From NCBI GenBank assembly GCA_034670305.1, contig JAXMNT010000009.1:128001-192000 (forward strand): a stretch of 64,000 bases of DNA, given 5' to 3'. Made by a program: the position numbers and the translations under genes. Under the pieces are notes generated by a model. The model was given only the letters and a program-made list of their open reading frames with translations. It was not told the origin of the DNA and made no database searches. Positions 53,692 through 63,748 of the stretch are shown here, in pieces. Every line of letters begins with the position of its first letter. The stretch's first letter is position 1. Source of the stretch: Deltaproteobacteria bacterium. Its GTDB lineage: Bacteria > Myxococcota_A > Polyangia > Polyangiales > Houyiibacteriaceae.

Positions 53692-55323
53692 CCGCGTGCG
53701 TACCCGGCGGTTCTCGGAACCGGCGAGCGCGACGCGGACCCGCTCGATGGCCCGCTCACCAAAGATCCGGTGAATGGCCGCGCTCGCGGGCTCTTGGTAG
53801 CGGTCGCTCGTCGCGGCTTCGAGGAGGTCGGTCAACATCTGAGGGTCGTTGCGCGCGTTCTCGTTGCGCACGAGCGAGAGTTCGTAGCGCTCGATGGCCT
53901 GGGGCCACGCGTTGTGGCGGACGAAGTCGCGTCCGAGCAGCAACGACGGCCGCGCGTCGTCCGGGTGCAGACGCTGGTAGACCCGCATCGCCCGATGGAC
54001 CTCACGGTCGAGTGTGGTGCTTCGTTCCAGTCTCGACTGGAGCGCGGCGAGTTCGCGCGGCAGCGCCTCGTCGAACGGGTCGGCGGGGGCCACGACCTCC
54101 ACCGGGACCACGGGCTCCGGCGGCTCGACCGCTTGGACCGGCTCGATTGGCTCGGGTGGGACGATCGGATCCGGCATGGTGGGCTGGGCGATCGGGACGG
54201 GGGGCGGGGTGGGGGCGGGCGTTCGCTTCGAGAGCCAGTAGGCGCCGCCCAAGAGCAGCATCGCCGCGGCCGCGACCAGCACCCAGCGGATCCGGGTGGG
54301 CGGAGGTTTCGGCGGGGCCCGCCGCGCTTCGATCAGCGTCTGTTCGCGGCGGGGTTCGATCGCGCCGCTCTCCATGCGTGCGGCCATCTCGGGCAGGGCG
54401 TCGAAGCGCTCGAGCAGCTCTTTGCAGTCGGCCGGCCGGTCCACGGGTTCTTTCGCCAGTGCGGTCAGCAGCAGTTCCTGCAGCTCCCGGCTGAGCACCA
54501 GGCCCGGCCGCATGCTGGCGGGGTCGGGCACCGGCTCGACCATGTGCGAACGGAACAGATCACTCCGACGGTCTTCCACGAACGGTGGTCGTCCGGTCAG
54601 GAGTTCGAAGAGCAGCACGCCGGCGGCGTAGACATCGGCGCGCGCATCGACGGTGCCGCCAGCGGCCTGTTCGGGGGCCATGTAAGCCGGCGTGCCGATG
54701 ATGGTTCCCGCCTTGGTGAGGGTCGGCTCGCCTTCCCCGCCTTCGTCGTCGATGTAGAGTTTCGCGAGCCCGAAATCCAGCAACTTCGGGTGGTGGGGTT
54801 CGTCCGGCAGCGACTGGAGAAACACGTTCCCGGGCTTGAGGTCGCGGTGAAGGATGCCGCGGCCGTGGGCGAACGCCATGCCGCGGAGGACGCCGCGTGC
54901 GATGTCCAGCGCGACGTGCGGATCGGGCGCGCCGCCGTCGTCGATGAAGTCCGCGAGCGAGAGGCCTTCGAGCAGCTCCATCACCAGGTAGGGCATGCCT
55001 TCGCAGATGCCGTAGTCGGTCAGCGCGACGATGTTGGGGTGGCTCAGCTGACTGAGGATCCGGGCTTCGCGTTCAAAACGCCGGCGAAGCGACGAAACGT
55101 CCTCGAACCCGTGCCGAAGCACTTTCAACGCCACGGGCCGACGCAGACCGGTGTGCTCGGCGCGGTACACGACCCCGACGCCACCAGCACCGAGCACGCC
55201 CTCGATGCGGTAGCGGGCGTCGAGCACCCGCCCGATGAGCGGGTCGTCTTCGCCCAGCTTCTTTCTCACCGAGGTGATGCCGTCTGGCGGCCTCTCGGAC
55301 GATGTTTGCGCCCGGCTGCCCAT
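53635..55323 (-). CDS. Membrane-anchored Ser/Thr protein kinase (PknB-like) with C-terminal helical domain
   Basis: LGAGGVGVVY, VALK, HRDLKPGN, DFGLAK, GTPAYMAPEQ, one TM segment. Confidence 0.95.
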   Translation of the reverse strand: MGSRAQTSSERPPDGITSVRKKLGEDDPLIGRVLDARYRIEGVLGAGGVGVVYRAEHTGLRRPVALKVLRHGFEDVSSLRRRFEREARILSQLSHPNIVALTDYGICEGMPYLVMELLEGLSLADFIDDGGAPDPHVALDIARGVLRGMAFAHGRGILHRDLKPGNVFLQSLPDEPHHPKLLDFGLAKLYIDDEGGEGEPTLTKAGTIIGTPAYMAPEQAAGGTVDARADVYAAGVLLFELLTGRPPFVEDRRSDLFRSHMVEPVPDPASMRPGLVLSRELQELLLTALAKEPVDRPADCKELLERFDALPEMAARMESGAIEPRREQTLIEARRAPPKPPPTRIRWVLVAAAAMLLLGGAYWLSKRTPAPTPPPVPIAQPTMPDPIVPPEPIEPVQAVEPPEPVVPVEVVAPADPFDEALPRELAALQSRLERSTTLDREVHRAMRVYQRLHPDDARPSLLLGRDFVRHNAWPQAIERYELSLVRNENARNDPQMLTDLLEAATSDRYQEPASAAIHRIFGERAIERVRVALAGSENRRVRTRLRALLERLESGPAPPSVD

Positions 55324-55397
55324 CCGGGGTGCACTATACCACGGGCTCGCCCAGGACGAATGTCGGATGACGCCTGATCGCGATCCGCCCATGGCGA

Positions 55398-55570
55398 TGA
55401 GGCCAACGCGATCAGACCCGCGCGCTCAGGCCCGCGCGACCGCCCGCGTGCTCTGGCCCGCCGGGTCAGGCCCGCGCGAGCAGGCGCGCGACGAGGCCCG
55501 CGCGATCTGGCCCGCCCGGTCAGGCAAGCGCGGGTCAGGCCCGCGCGATCTGGTCGCGCGCAGGCTCCCG
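55398..55570. repeat. Degenerate ~14-bp tandem array (consensus TCAGGCCCGCGCGA, about 12 units)
   Basis: Visible units such as TCAGGCCCGCGCGA, TCTGGCCCGCCGGG and CGAGGCCCGCGCGA. Confidence 0.75.
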
Positions 55571-55599
55571 ACCCAGACGCGGGGTTGCGTTCGGAGGGG

Positions 55600-56550
55600 T
55601 CAGAGGCCGAAGCGGTCGCGGTTGGCTTCGAGGAACTCGATGTAGTGCTCGAAGGGCTGCTGAGCTTCGACTTCACCGGCCCGGGCGACCTCATCCAGCT
55701 GTTTCATCAAGTCCCCGACGCGCTTGCTGGGCGGGATCTCGAAGTGCTCCATGACCACCTTGCCGAGGCCCTTCGGCAGCGGCGCGACCTGCTCGTCCTC
55801 GGCCTGGAGCGCTTCGATGCGCTTCTTCAGATCGGAGATGTTGCGGACCCCGCGCTTGCGCTTGGCCGGCCGTTTGGTCGTGATGTCCGCGCGGCCGAGA
55901 TCGAGTAGGTCCCGCAGACCCTCGCCCATCTGCTTGTAGAACCGGCGCACCGCGGCATCGGTCCACGACTCTTCGTACTGGCTCGGCCGCAGGTGAAACA
56001 GGATCAGAAAGTGGATGCGGTCTTCGAGCTGCTCGTCGAACCCGAGGCGGCGTCCCATCTTGCGGCGGAACATGCGCGCGCCGAGCTCGGCGTGGCCATG
56101 GAAGGTCACGCGGCCGCGTTCGTCGATCTTGCGGGTCTTGGGCTTGCCGATGTCGTGCAACAGCGCGCCCCACCGAACCGAGAGCCGCGGCACGCTCTGC
56201 ATCACGACCTGCTTGGTGTGCTTCCAGACGTCCTTGTGACGCCACTCGGCGTCGCCGAGATCGACCATGGCTTCGACCTCGGGCATGAGCGCGCGGAACA
56301 GGCCCATGCGCTGCAGCGCCTCGAGTCCTTCGTCCACGCCGGGCACGATCAGGATCGCATCGAGGTGGGTGCGGAGGGTCTCGATCGGCAGCGCCTTCCA
56401 TTCGGCTTCGGTCGGCTCGGGCGGCGACGACTCCAGCAGCGTGGGGTCGACCGCGACCAACATCGCCCAGTCGAGCGCTTCCAAGACGCGGGCGTGCACA
56501 GGCCCGGTGGGGGCCGGCGGAGCGCTGGAGTCGGTCAACATCTCGGTCAT
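55600..56550 (-). CDS. HD-domain protein resembling the C-terminal part of CCA-adding / poly(A) polymerase enzymes
   Basis: HKDVWKHT, LLHDIGKP.T, TFHGHAELGA, WTDAAVRR, ADIT; no nucleotidyltransferase head. Confidence 0.82.
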   Translation of the reverse strand: MTEMLTDSSAPPAPTGPVHARVLEALDWAMLVAVDPTLLESSPPEPTEAEWKALPIETLRTHLDAILIVPGVDEGLEALQRMGLFRALMPEVEAMVDLGDAEWRHKDVWKHTKQVVMQSVPRLSVRWGALLHDIGKPKTRKIDERGRVTFHGHAELGARMFRRKMGRRLGFDEQLEDRIHFLILFHLRPSQYEESWTDAAVRRFYKQMGEGLRDLLDLGRADITTKRPAKRKRGVRNISDLKKRIEALQAEDEQVAPLPKGLGKVVMEHFEIPPSKRVGDLMKQLDEVARAGEVEAQQPFEHYIEFLEANRDRFGL

Positions 56551-56834
56551 GGCAAGCTCGATGCACGAAAAGAGCCTAGAAAAGGCGGCCGTGCGGCAGA
56601 CGGCGAAGTTAAGTCGCCCATGCCGCCCGCGCAAAGCGATCTTCCTTCTGGCCACTGCTGGCCAGGCTCGCATTGCGAGACTGGCCTTTCCTGGCCAGCG
56701 CCGCATACAACCTCCTACGCGTCGCGCGGCTGCGGAGCTGCGCCGCGTAGCACCGACCGATGCCCGGCGGCTTCGTCCGCTGGGCATCGGGCTCCGATTC
56801 GCGGCCGTCGCGAAACACACGGCGTCCACGACGC

Positions 56835-56894
56835 GGGCAAGGGCACGGGCAAGGGCAACGGCAAGGGAGCAGGTCGCTTTTCAGCGACCTGCTA
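56835..56894 (-). terminator. Stop-codon hairpin plus (CCCTTG)n tract module, copy 3
   Basis: AGCAGGTCGCT-TTTC-AGCGACCTGCT (56868-56893) overlaps the TAG stop; five GGG tracts at 56835-56867. Terminator function is inferred. Confidence 0.5.
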
Positions 56895-58565
56895 GTGTTT
56901 GGCGGGGTCGGCGCCGGCGCCGGGGACGTCGTGGAGGGTCTCGTCCGCGCTTGGTTTGCTGCCGGCGGTCGCGATGTCGCTCGCGCTCGGGTCGTTCGAG
57001 GCGCCGCCCACCGTGGGCTTCGTGGACACCGCGGCGAGGTCCTCGAACCACGAGAAGAACTCGAGCAGCTTCGTCTTCCGTTCGGGCGAGAGGTAGTCGA
57101 AGTTCACGCCGCGGTCGCTGATCTCCCAGAACTCGCTCGACTTCACCTGGAGCAGCTCGTCGCGGATGCTCGCGAGCCGGTCGCGTCGTTCGCGTTCCAT
57201 GTCGCGGTAGATCTCCCGCGCGAGCGGTTCGTCGCCCTTGAGCAGGTAGTAGGTGGCGAGTTTGACCTGGGCTTTGCGCACACCCCGAAGGCTGACCTCC
57301 TGAACGGCGCTCTCGCTCTCTTTGTCGACCTCCAGAAAGATGCGCAGCAGCTCTCGGGAGGCGGGCGAACGTTCGTCGAAGGCGAGCTCGTTGAGCGCAC
57401 ACAGGTCGTACGCCACCGTCTCGAGCACGAAGGGCAGCTTCGCGTTGTAGCCGACCAACCCGTAGTACTTGAAGTACCGGGCGATCTCGATGCTGGTGCT
57501 CCCGTCGCTGTACTGGAGCGCCCGCTCGGCCAAGAGCCGGTATTGGTTGAGCACGTTGTACGCGGTGCGGACGTCGCGCGCGTTCACGGTCGCGCGTAGG
57601 TACGTGTTGAAGAACTTGAGGACCAGCTCGAACAGTTCTTCGTGCCCGTGTTCGAGCGCCCACTCGGCGATGTGCCGGGTGTTGATCGCGATCAAGTAGT
57701 TGATGTCGCGCATCCGGTTGAGCGCTTCGTTGTAGAGCGTCTGGTACTTGCGCAGCACCTTCATCTCGAACCAGATGCGGCGTCGCGTGACCGCCTCGAG
57801 CACCTCTTCGCTCATCGAGACGAAGTCCGGGTTGTGCGCCAACTCGCCTTCGACGCGGAACCAGTTCGACTCCAGCGTCTCGCGCACCTTCTGGTAGTCG
57901 AGCACCATGGCTTTGAGCGCGTCGACGCTCGCCATGGAGATGCCCTTGTCCTTGTGTTCCATCGCGTTCAGCCCGACGTCCGCGAGCTGCTCGATGCCGC
58001 GCACCGCTTCCTTCTGTCGGTCGCCCATCGATCGCCGATCCCGCTGCGACACGATCTTGATCGAGTGCCGCCGGATGCGATCAACGATCTGGATCGGGTT
58101 CAGGAAGTCGAAGACGAACGCGAAGTAGGGCAGCAAGATCAGCAGGCAGAACGCCAGCATGCCAAGCGAGACCGTGATGCCGACGTAGGGGACGAAGTGT
58201 TCGTCGAACGTGACGCCCACGAAGATCGCGACGAGCGCGGAGACGACGAAGAACCCCATCACGAGGAAGTTGATCGGCTCCTGTACGAAGAGCTCGGTGA
58301 CGCGGTGCGTGTACCGGTTGGAGGCCAGTTCCACGATGATCGCGACGACCGTGATCGCGATGCCCAGGACCGCAGCGACGACTTCGCCGGCGTTGCCGAT
58401 GGTGTTGGCGGCCGACGCGGGGTTCGGATGCCACAGGTTGCTGAGCTTCGAGAAGTCGCCGGCGTCGAGCCAGTTCGTTGCGAGGAAGATCGCCAACGAG
58501 GCGATCGCCAGCAGGCTCAGTGGAGCGAGCCAGATCCTCCATGCGCGCGGCTTCTCGGCGGCCAT
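56892..58565 (-). CDS. DUF2254-like membrane protein with helical cytoplasmic domain
   Basis: Four TM segments with ITVVAIIVELASNRYTHRV; ATG 58565. Confidence 0.7.
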   Translation of the reverse strand: MAAEKPRAWRIWLAPLSLLAIASLAIFLATNWLDAGDFSKLSNLWHPNPASAANTIGNAGEVVAAVLGIAITVVAIIVELASNRYTHRVTELFVQEPINFLVMGFFVVSALVAIFVGVTFDEHFVPYVGITVSLGMLAFCLLILLPYFAFVFDFLNPIQIVDRIRRHSIKIVSQRDRRSMGDRQKEAVRGIEQLADVGLNAMEHKDKGISMASVDALKAMVLDYQKVRETLESNWFRVEGELAHNPDFVSMSEEVLEAVTRRRIWFEMKVLRKYQTLYNEALNRMRDINYLIAINTRHIAEWALEHGHEELFELVLKFFNTYLRATVNARDVRTAYNVLNQYRLLAERALQYSDGSTSIEIARYFKYYGLVGYNAKLPFVLETVAYDLCALNELAFDERSPASRELLRIFLEVDKESESAVQEVSLRGVRKAQVKLATYYLLKGDEPLAREIYRDMERERRDRLASIRDELLQVKSSEFWEISDRGVNFDYLSPERKTKLLEFFSWFEDLAAVSTKPTVGGASNDPSASDIATAGSKPSADETLHDVPGAGADPAKH

Positions 58566-58628
58566 CGCGGGGAGCGTACCACCGGGGATGCTGGGTTGCG
58601 CTCTGCCGTTTTTGGGTATGATGCCGCC

Positions 58629-59360
58629 GTGACCCGCATCTTGATGGTTCTCGTGCTGTGCTTCGGGGCGTCCTCCGTTCGCGCCCAGACCGGTACGGCG
58701 GCGTTGCCAGAAACCGAGGACCCGGACTCGGTCGCCGCGCCACCCCCGGGGGTCGCGCCTGCAGACGACGGATCGGCCGAGACGGTCGAGGCGTTCCCAG
58801 AGCCGGATCCCGACGCGGATCCCACCCTCGAGATCTTCCGAGACGAAGACACGCACTGGTGGCTCTCGGTGAACTACTTCGTCGCGGCTCAACTCGAAGA
58901 CGACGCGATCGAAGACGCGCTCGACGCACGGGGCTACGGCGACGGGTCGATCACGTTCGGCGGCGAAGCGAGTGGCATCTACCGCGTGCAGAAATGGCTC
59001 GGGCTCGGCGCGCGACTCGGGATCCGGCATCAGCACTGGAACCACTACAGCGAGACCCCAGCCTCGGCGCTCGGGATCGACCTGCAGTTCGTCGTGACGG
59101 CGCGCTGGGTCGCGAAGTTCGGAGACATCGGTGTGGACCTCTCGGGTGGCGTGGGGCTCATCGGGCTTCGCCTCAACGAAGTCACCGACTACCAGGTGGC
59201 TGGACGGCTGCAGGCCGGACCGGTGGTCGCCATCAACCTCTTTGGCTCGGTCCGGGCGCTCGTGCGCTTCGGATACGATCTCAACCGCCGCGACTTCGGC
59301 GGGTTCGAACTCGCCATGGGTGGCGGCTTCTTTGCGCTCGGTCTCGAGGTGCGTGAGTGA
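58629..59360 (+). CDS. Probable outer-membrane beta-barrel protein
   Basis: Signal peptide (MVLVLCFGASSVRA) and alternating beta-strands. Confidence 0.65.
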   Translation: MTRILMVLVLCFGASSVRAQTGTAALPETEDPDSVAAPPPGVAPADDGSAETVEAFPEPDPDADPTLEIFRDEDTHWWLSVNYFVAAQLEDDAIEDALDARGYGDGSITFGGEASGIYRVQKWLGLGARLGIRHQHWNHYSETPASALGIDLQFVVTARWVAKFGDIGVDLSGGVGLIGLRLNEVTDYQVAGRLQAGPVVAINLFGSVRALVRFGYDLNRRDFGGFELAMGGGFFALGLEVRE

Positions 59361-59950
59361 AACACATTCTTTGGGTGCTCCTCTTCTGCCTCGCGTGTCG
59401 ACAGCCCGAGCAGGCGCCGACGCGTCTCTTCGAAGAAGGCTTCGAGGAAGTGTGCGACGGGATGCCATGCGGCTGGGCGCAGACCGGTGGCGACGACGGC
59501 GCCGTTCGATTCGTCGAGACGATCTTCGCGGGCGAACACGGAGTGCGACTGACCGGCGATGGGGCGGCGGTGCGCGGACCGGGTGGCCCGGCCCGCACCG
59601 CGACCTTGACCTTCGGCACGGTGGAGGCCCGCATCTCGGGGGTCTGTGACGTGGGGGCGCTCTTGGTCGTCGAGGCTGCGCTCGTGGACACCGACCGGTC
59701 CCTCTCGGACACCTTCACCGGGTTCGTGTCGTTGCCCGAGGACTACACCGAAGGGGTGCGTTACGTGCAGTTGACCGGCGCGACCGCGCTGCTCGACGGC
59801 GGCATCACCGGCGGCATGTTCGGCGGGGTGGTGAACGTACAGGTCTCGGCGGTCGCCTTTCGCGTACAGGGGTCCGGGCAGTGCACGGTCGACCACATCG
59901 TGATCGACGACACGGGCTTCACCGACACCCCGCGCCCTTCCTCCTGCTGA
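59357..59950 (+). CDS. Hypothetical lipoprotein
   Basis: CLAC lipobox; GTGA overlap with the upstream gene. Confidence 0.7.
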   Translation: MKHILWVLLFCLACRQPEQAPTRLFEEGFEEVCDGMPCGWAQTGGDDGAVRFVETIFAGEHGVRLTGDGAAVRGPGGPARTATLTFGTVEARISGVCDVGALLVVEAALVDTDRSLSDTFTGFVSLPEDYTEGVRYVQLTGATALLDGGITGGMFGGVVNVQVSAVAFRVQGSGQCTVDHIVIDDTGFTDTPRPSSC

Positions 59951-60012
59951 GGTCGCGCCGAGGTCTGGCAATCGAGACACCCCGGCACGTCCGGGCTGAA
60001 GAGGAGAACGAC

Positions 60013-61563
60013 ATGGGGATCGTGGTGAAACGTGCGCTCAGCAGCGCGTTGGTCTGGGCACTCGCAGGATGCGGCGGCGAAGAATCGCCGCCTGAACCGA
60101 CTCCGACCGAGACGACGGTGGCGGAGAACACCGAGCCCGAGGTCGAGACCCCGGAGGTGGAACCGGAGGTCGAGCCGACGCCGATCGAGCTCATCGATCT
60201 GGTGCACCGCGTCCCCGTCACCGTGGCCGCCGACAGCGCGTACCACGGTCAGCTCAACCAGGTGGAGCGGCTCTACGATGGAGACCTGACCACCGCCTGG
60301 AACTCCGAGTCGAACGAAGGCACCGCGGTGCTCACGTTCCTCTTCGAACGGCCGACCGAACTGCACGCGGTTGCGATGACTTCGGGGTACACGAAGACCG
60401 ACGGCGACCGCGATCTCTTCGCCGGCAACCGGCGCATCAACAGCATCGAGATCGTGGTGGATGGCGAATCGAAGAAGCGCGCGCCGCTCGACCCCGACTC
60501 GCGCGAACTCCAGACGGTCACGCTGGACGAACCCGTTGCTGGCCAGCGGGTCGAGGTGCGGCTCGCCGGGTTCTCCCCCGGCACCAACGCCGACTGGCGC
60601 GAGCTCTGCGTGAGCGAGCTTCGGCTGATGGGTGTCGACGCTTCGGCCAGCGCGGAACCCTTGACCCCGACGAGCCACTTGGGTCCGGTCGTGCCCACCG
60701 ACACACGCGCGTTCCTGACCAGCACCTACGCCGACTACCTCACGTCGAGTGGGGACGAACAACCGATGCCGAGCGGTGTGGCTGAGGTCGCCACCGGCAT
60801 GGGCACGCTCAACACGCGCGACGCCCGCGAGACATTCCGAGCGTCCGCCGGCAAGTGCTACCTCGTGGTCGGCGAGATGTCGTTCTACCCCCGTGAGCGG
60901 GATGAACTCGTCGGTGTGTACCCGCCGGACCTCGTCGTGTTGGTGGGGGAAGAAGACGATCAGAACGCCCTCGACGGCGAGGACCCGACGTTCTTGCTCG
61001 GCACCGGCAGTGCGTGTGCGGAGACCTCGGGGCGAGCGACGATCACGTTCACAGCCCAAGCGATGCCCGCGGCCTACTGGTACTCGGTGTACGAGTTCGC
61101 CGACCCCGTGCTCGCCGGACTGGGAGCGGACGCTCTGGAAGAGGATCCGGACGCGCTCGGTGAAGACGAGATGCCCGATGAAGACGCACTGGAACCGATG
61201 GAGTCCGAGACCGGCATCGTGCTCAGCGAGACCGCGCTCGGCACCGGCGTCGAGAGCCGCGCGCTCGTCGGCGCCCGCACGACGTTCTCCAAAGCCACCG
61301 ACGAACGCGTCTACTGCTTCACCCGCCTCGACAACCCGAACCGAGTCGAGAGCCAACTCTACTTCGGCTGGGAACGCGGCGGCGAGCCGGTCGACTCCGC
61401 CGACTCCTCCGACTGGGGCCGCGCCAACTCCGTCCCCGCCAACCGCCACCACGGCACCTTCACCTACCGCGGCACCGGGCAGCGCGCCGGTGAGTACGCC
61501 TGCGTCATCCGAGACGAGGACGGCGTCGTGCTGGCGCGGCTTCCGTACACGCTGACGGACTGA
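60013..61563 (+). CDS. Lipoprotein with discoidin / glycan-binding-like domain and C-terminal DUF2914-like domain
   Basis: LAGC lipobox; LYDGDLTTAW...GYTK...NRRI; VYCFTRL...GEY.CVIRDEDG.VLA; GAGGAG RBS. Confidence 0.72.
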   Translation: MGIVVKRALSSALVWALAGCGGEESPPEPTPTETTVAENTEPEVETPEVEPEVEPTPIELIDLVHRVPVTVAADSAYHGQLNQVERLYDGDLTTAWNSESNEGTAVLTFLFERPTELHAVAMTSGYTKTDGDRDLFAGNRRINSIEIVVDGESKKRAPLDPDSRELQTVTLDEPVAGQRVEVRLAGFSPGTNADWRELCVSELRLMGVDASASAEPLTPTSHLGPVVPTDTRAFLTSTYADYLTSSGDEQPMPSGVAEVATGMGTLNTRDARETFRASAGKCYLVVGEMSFYPRERDELVGVYPPDLVVLVGEEDDQNALDGEDPTFLLGTGSACAETSGRATITFTAQAMPAAYWYSVYEFADPVLAGLGADALEEDPDALGEDEMPDEDALEPMESETGIVLSETALGTGVESRALVGARTTFSKATDERVYCFTRLDNPNRVESQLYFGWERGGEPVDSADSSDWGRANSVPANRHHGTFTYRGTGQRAGEYACVIRDEDGVVLARLPYTLTD

Positions 61564-61571
61564 AGCGGCCA

Positions 61572-61995
61572 GCGCAGCGGTAGCGGTAGCGGTAGCGGTA
61601 GCGGCCAGCGGTAGCTGTAGCTGTAGCTGTAGCGGTAGCGGTAGCGGTAGCTGTAGCTGTAGCTGTAGCTGCAGCTGTAGCTGTAGCTGTAGCTGATTCT
61701 GATTCTGCTTCTGCTTCTGCTTCTGCTTCTGCTTCTGCTGCTGATTCTGCTTCTGCTGCTGATTCTGCTTCTGCTGCTGCTTCTGCTGCTGATTCTGCTT
61801 CTGCTGCTGCTTCTGCTTCTGCTTCTGCTTCTGCTTCTGCTTCTGCTTCTGCTTCTGCTGCTGATTCTGCTGCTGATTCTGCTGCTGATTCTGCTGCTGA
61901 TTCTGCTGCTGATTCCGAAACACGCATCCCGATCCCGATCCGATCCCGAAACCGACGCTGATTCCGACGCCGACGCCGAAGCCGATCCCGACGCG
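61572..61995. repeat. Compound microsatellite: (GCGGTA/GCTGTA)n, (TTCTGC/CTGATT)n, then GCCGAC-type units
   Basis: Directly visible ~420-bp tract between convergent genes. Confidence 0.92.
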
Positions 61996-61999
61996 TCCT

Positions 62000-63088
62000 C
62001 TACGAGAGCGCGGGCAGGCGTTTGCGTAGGGCTTCGAGCAACGCTTCGTTCTCGGCGGGCGTGCCCACCGTGACGCGCACCCGTCCCGTGAGTCTGGGGT
62101 GGCCGGTGAAGACCCGGACGCCGATGCCGTCGGAGCGGAGTTGTTCGGCGAGCAGCTCCGCGCGCTCGTGGTCGACCAGCAGGAAGTTCGCGTCGGACGG
62201 CCAGACGTGGAGTTCGAGTTCGGTGAGCGCCGCCCGCAGGGTCTCGCGCGCCTCCACGATCGAGCGCAGGTGCATCTCGAGGTCCGGTGCGAGCTCTTCG
62301 AGCGCGAAGGTCGCGGCGCGCTGCGCCAAACGGTCGAGGTTGAAGGGCTGGCGCACTTTCTCGAACTCGGCGGCGAGCGCCGGGTCGCACTCCAGCCAAC
62401 CGACCCGCAACCCGGCGAGCCCGATCTTCGAGAGCGTGCCCATGATCGCTGCCTGCGGGAAGTCCTGCACCCAGTCGCGCTCCGAGACGATGACGCCGTC
62501 GTCGCGTCGGAAGGGACCGTAGGCTTCGTCGATCACATGCAGCGTGTTCGGGAACGCTTCGACGAGCTGCTGGAGCACTTCGGGCTCGAACGCGTTGCCG
62601 GTCGGGTTGTTCGGGGTGGCGTAGTAGACGAGCGCCGGATCGTGTTCTTCGATGCCGAGCACCATCGCGTCGACGTCGAGCGAGAAGTCGCCCTTGAGCG
62701 GCACTTCGATCGGATGAAGTCCATGGGTGAGCGCGTTGATGCGGTACATCACGAAACTCGGACCGGGGTAGAGCACCGTGGGTGGCGCATCGCCGCGGGC
62801 CATCGCCGTGTGGAGGATCGAGATGATCTCGTCGCTGCCGCTGCCGAGGACCAGCGCCTCCGGATCGCAGCCTATGCGAAGCGCCAGGGCGCCGCGCAAG
62901 TCGCTCGCGCGCGCGTCGGGGTAACGGTGGAGCGGTTCGGTCGCGAGCACATGCGCCATGCGGACGCGGGCATCCGCCGACAATGGCCATGGGCTCTCGT
63001 TGGCGTCGAGTTTGATCGGCGGCGCCGGCTTCGGGCTGTACGGATGCAGTTCGGAGAGCGCCGGCCGCAGTCGATCGAAGACGCTCAA
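62000..63088 (-). CDS. hisC: Histidinol-phosphate aminotransferase
   Basis: KLDANESP, RYPD, GSGSDE, PNNPTG, DEAY, TLSK.GLAGLRVG, RVTVGT; TTG start overlaps the upstream TGA. Confidence 0.92.
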   Translation of the reverse strand: MSVFDRLRPALSELHPYSPKPAPPIKLDANESPWPLSADARVRMAHVLATEPLHRYPDARASDLRGALALRIGCDPEALVLGSGSDEIISILHTAMARGDAPPTVLYPGPSFVMYRINALTHGLHPIEVPLKGDFSLDVDAMVLGIEEHDPALVYYATPNNPTGNAFEPEVLQQLVEAFPNTLHVIDEAYGPFRRDDGVIVSERDWVQDFPQAAIMGTLSKIGLAGLRVGWLECDPALAAEFEKVRQPFNLDRLAQRAATFALEELAPDLEMHLRSIVEARETLRAALTELELHVWPSDANFLLVDHERAELLAEQLRSDGIGVRVFTGHPRLTGRVRVTVGTPAENEALLEALRKRLPALS

Positions 63089-63744
63089 CGCGGCGCGCCT
63101 TCGCGGAGGGAGGAGGGGACTTCCAGCTCTGGGTCGCCGTCGCCGTCGCTGTCTGCGGCCGCGGCGCCCGCGCTCTCGGTGCCCTCGCGCGCGTTGCCGT
63201 GATCGTCGAGGTCGCTCGGGTAGAGCGAGGCGTAGGCGTCGACCAGCGCGTCGGCGACGTCGCGCCCTTCGGGGCCGCCGAGTTTGACGACGTGGCGGCC
63301 GCTCACCCAGACGAGCCAGACGCTGTCGCCGCCGGTGCGCAGCTCCCACATCCACTCCCCCTCGCGTTTGATCACGCCGACGTCGTAGGAGTTGAGTTCT
63401 TCGATCTGCTCGCGCACTTCGGATGCGAGCGCGGCACCATGCGCGTAGACGCTCACAAACGCCGTGGAGGTCAGCAGCGCGTCGCCATCGCGTTCGAGGT
63501 AGGTCGCGGTGTGTCCTTCGGCCGCGTTGCCCTCGATCGCGAACTCGATGTCGAGCACGTGCTGGTAGCGGCGGTACGAGAGCTCGTCGACGTCGCGCTC
63601 GAGCACGTAGCGGGGCGGCAGGGTGGGGCTGCAGCCCGCGGCCAGCAGTCCGAGCAGCACACTGCTGAGGAGCAGGCTGCTCGTGAGCGCGCGGCTCCTG
63701 ACGACGCGGGTCAGGAGCCTCGGGACCACGGACAACGGGCGCAT
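63085..63744 (-). CDS. Hypothetical lipoprotein
   Basis: Hydrophobic signal ending LAAGC. Confidence 0.7.
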   Translation of the reverse strand: MRPLSVVPRLLTRVVRSRALTSSLLLSSVLLGLLAAGCSPTLPPRYVLERDVDELSYRRYQHVLDIEFAIEGNAAEGHTATYLERDGDALLTSTAFVSVYAHGAALASEVREQIEELNSYDVGVIKREGEWMWELRTGGDSVWLVWVSGRHVVKLGGPEGRDVADALVDAYASLYPSDLDDHGNAREGTESAGAAAADSDGDGDPELEVPSSLREGAPR

Positions 63745-63748
63745 GGGA

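Noticed and set aside
58566-59468. N-terminal ~300 aa of the 858-aa ORF 56892-59468
   Set aside because: It overlaps + strand genes with signal peptides; the real start is probably ATG 58565
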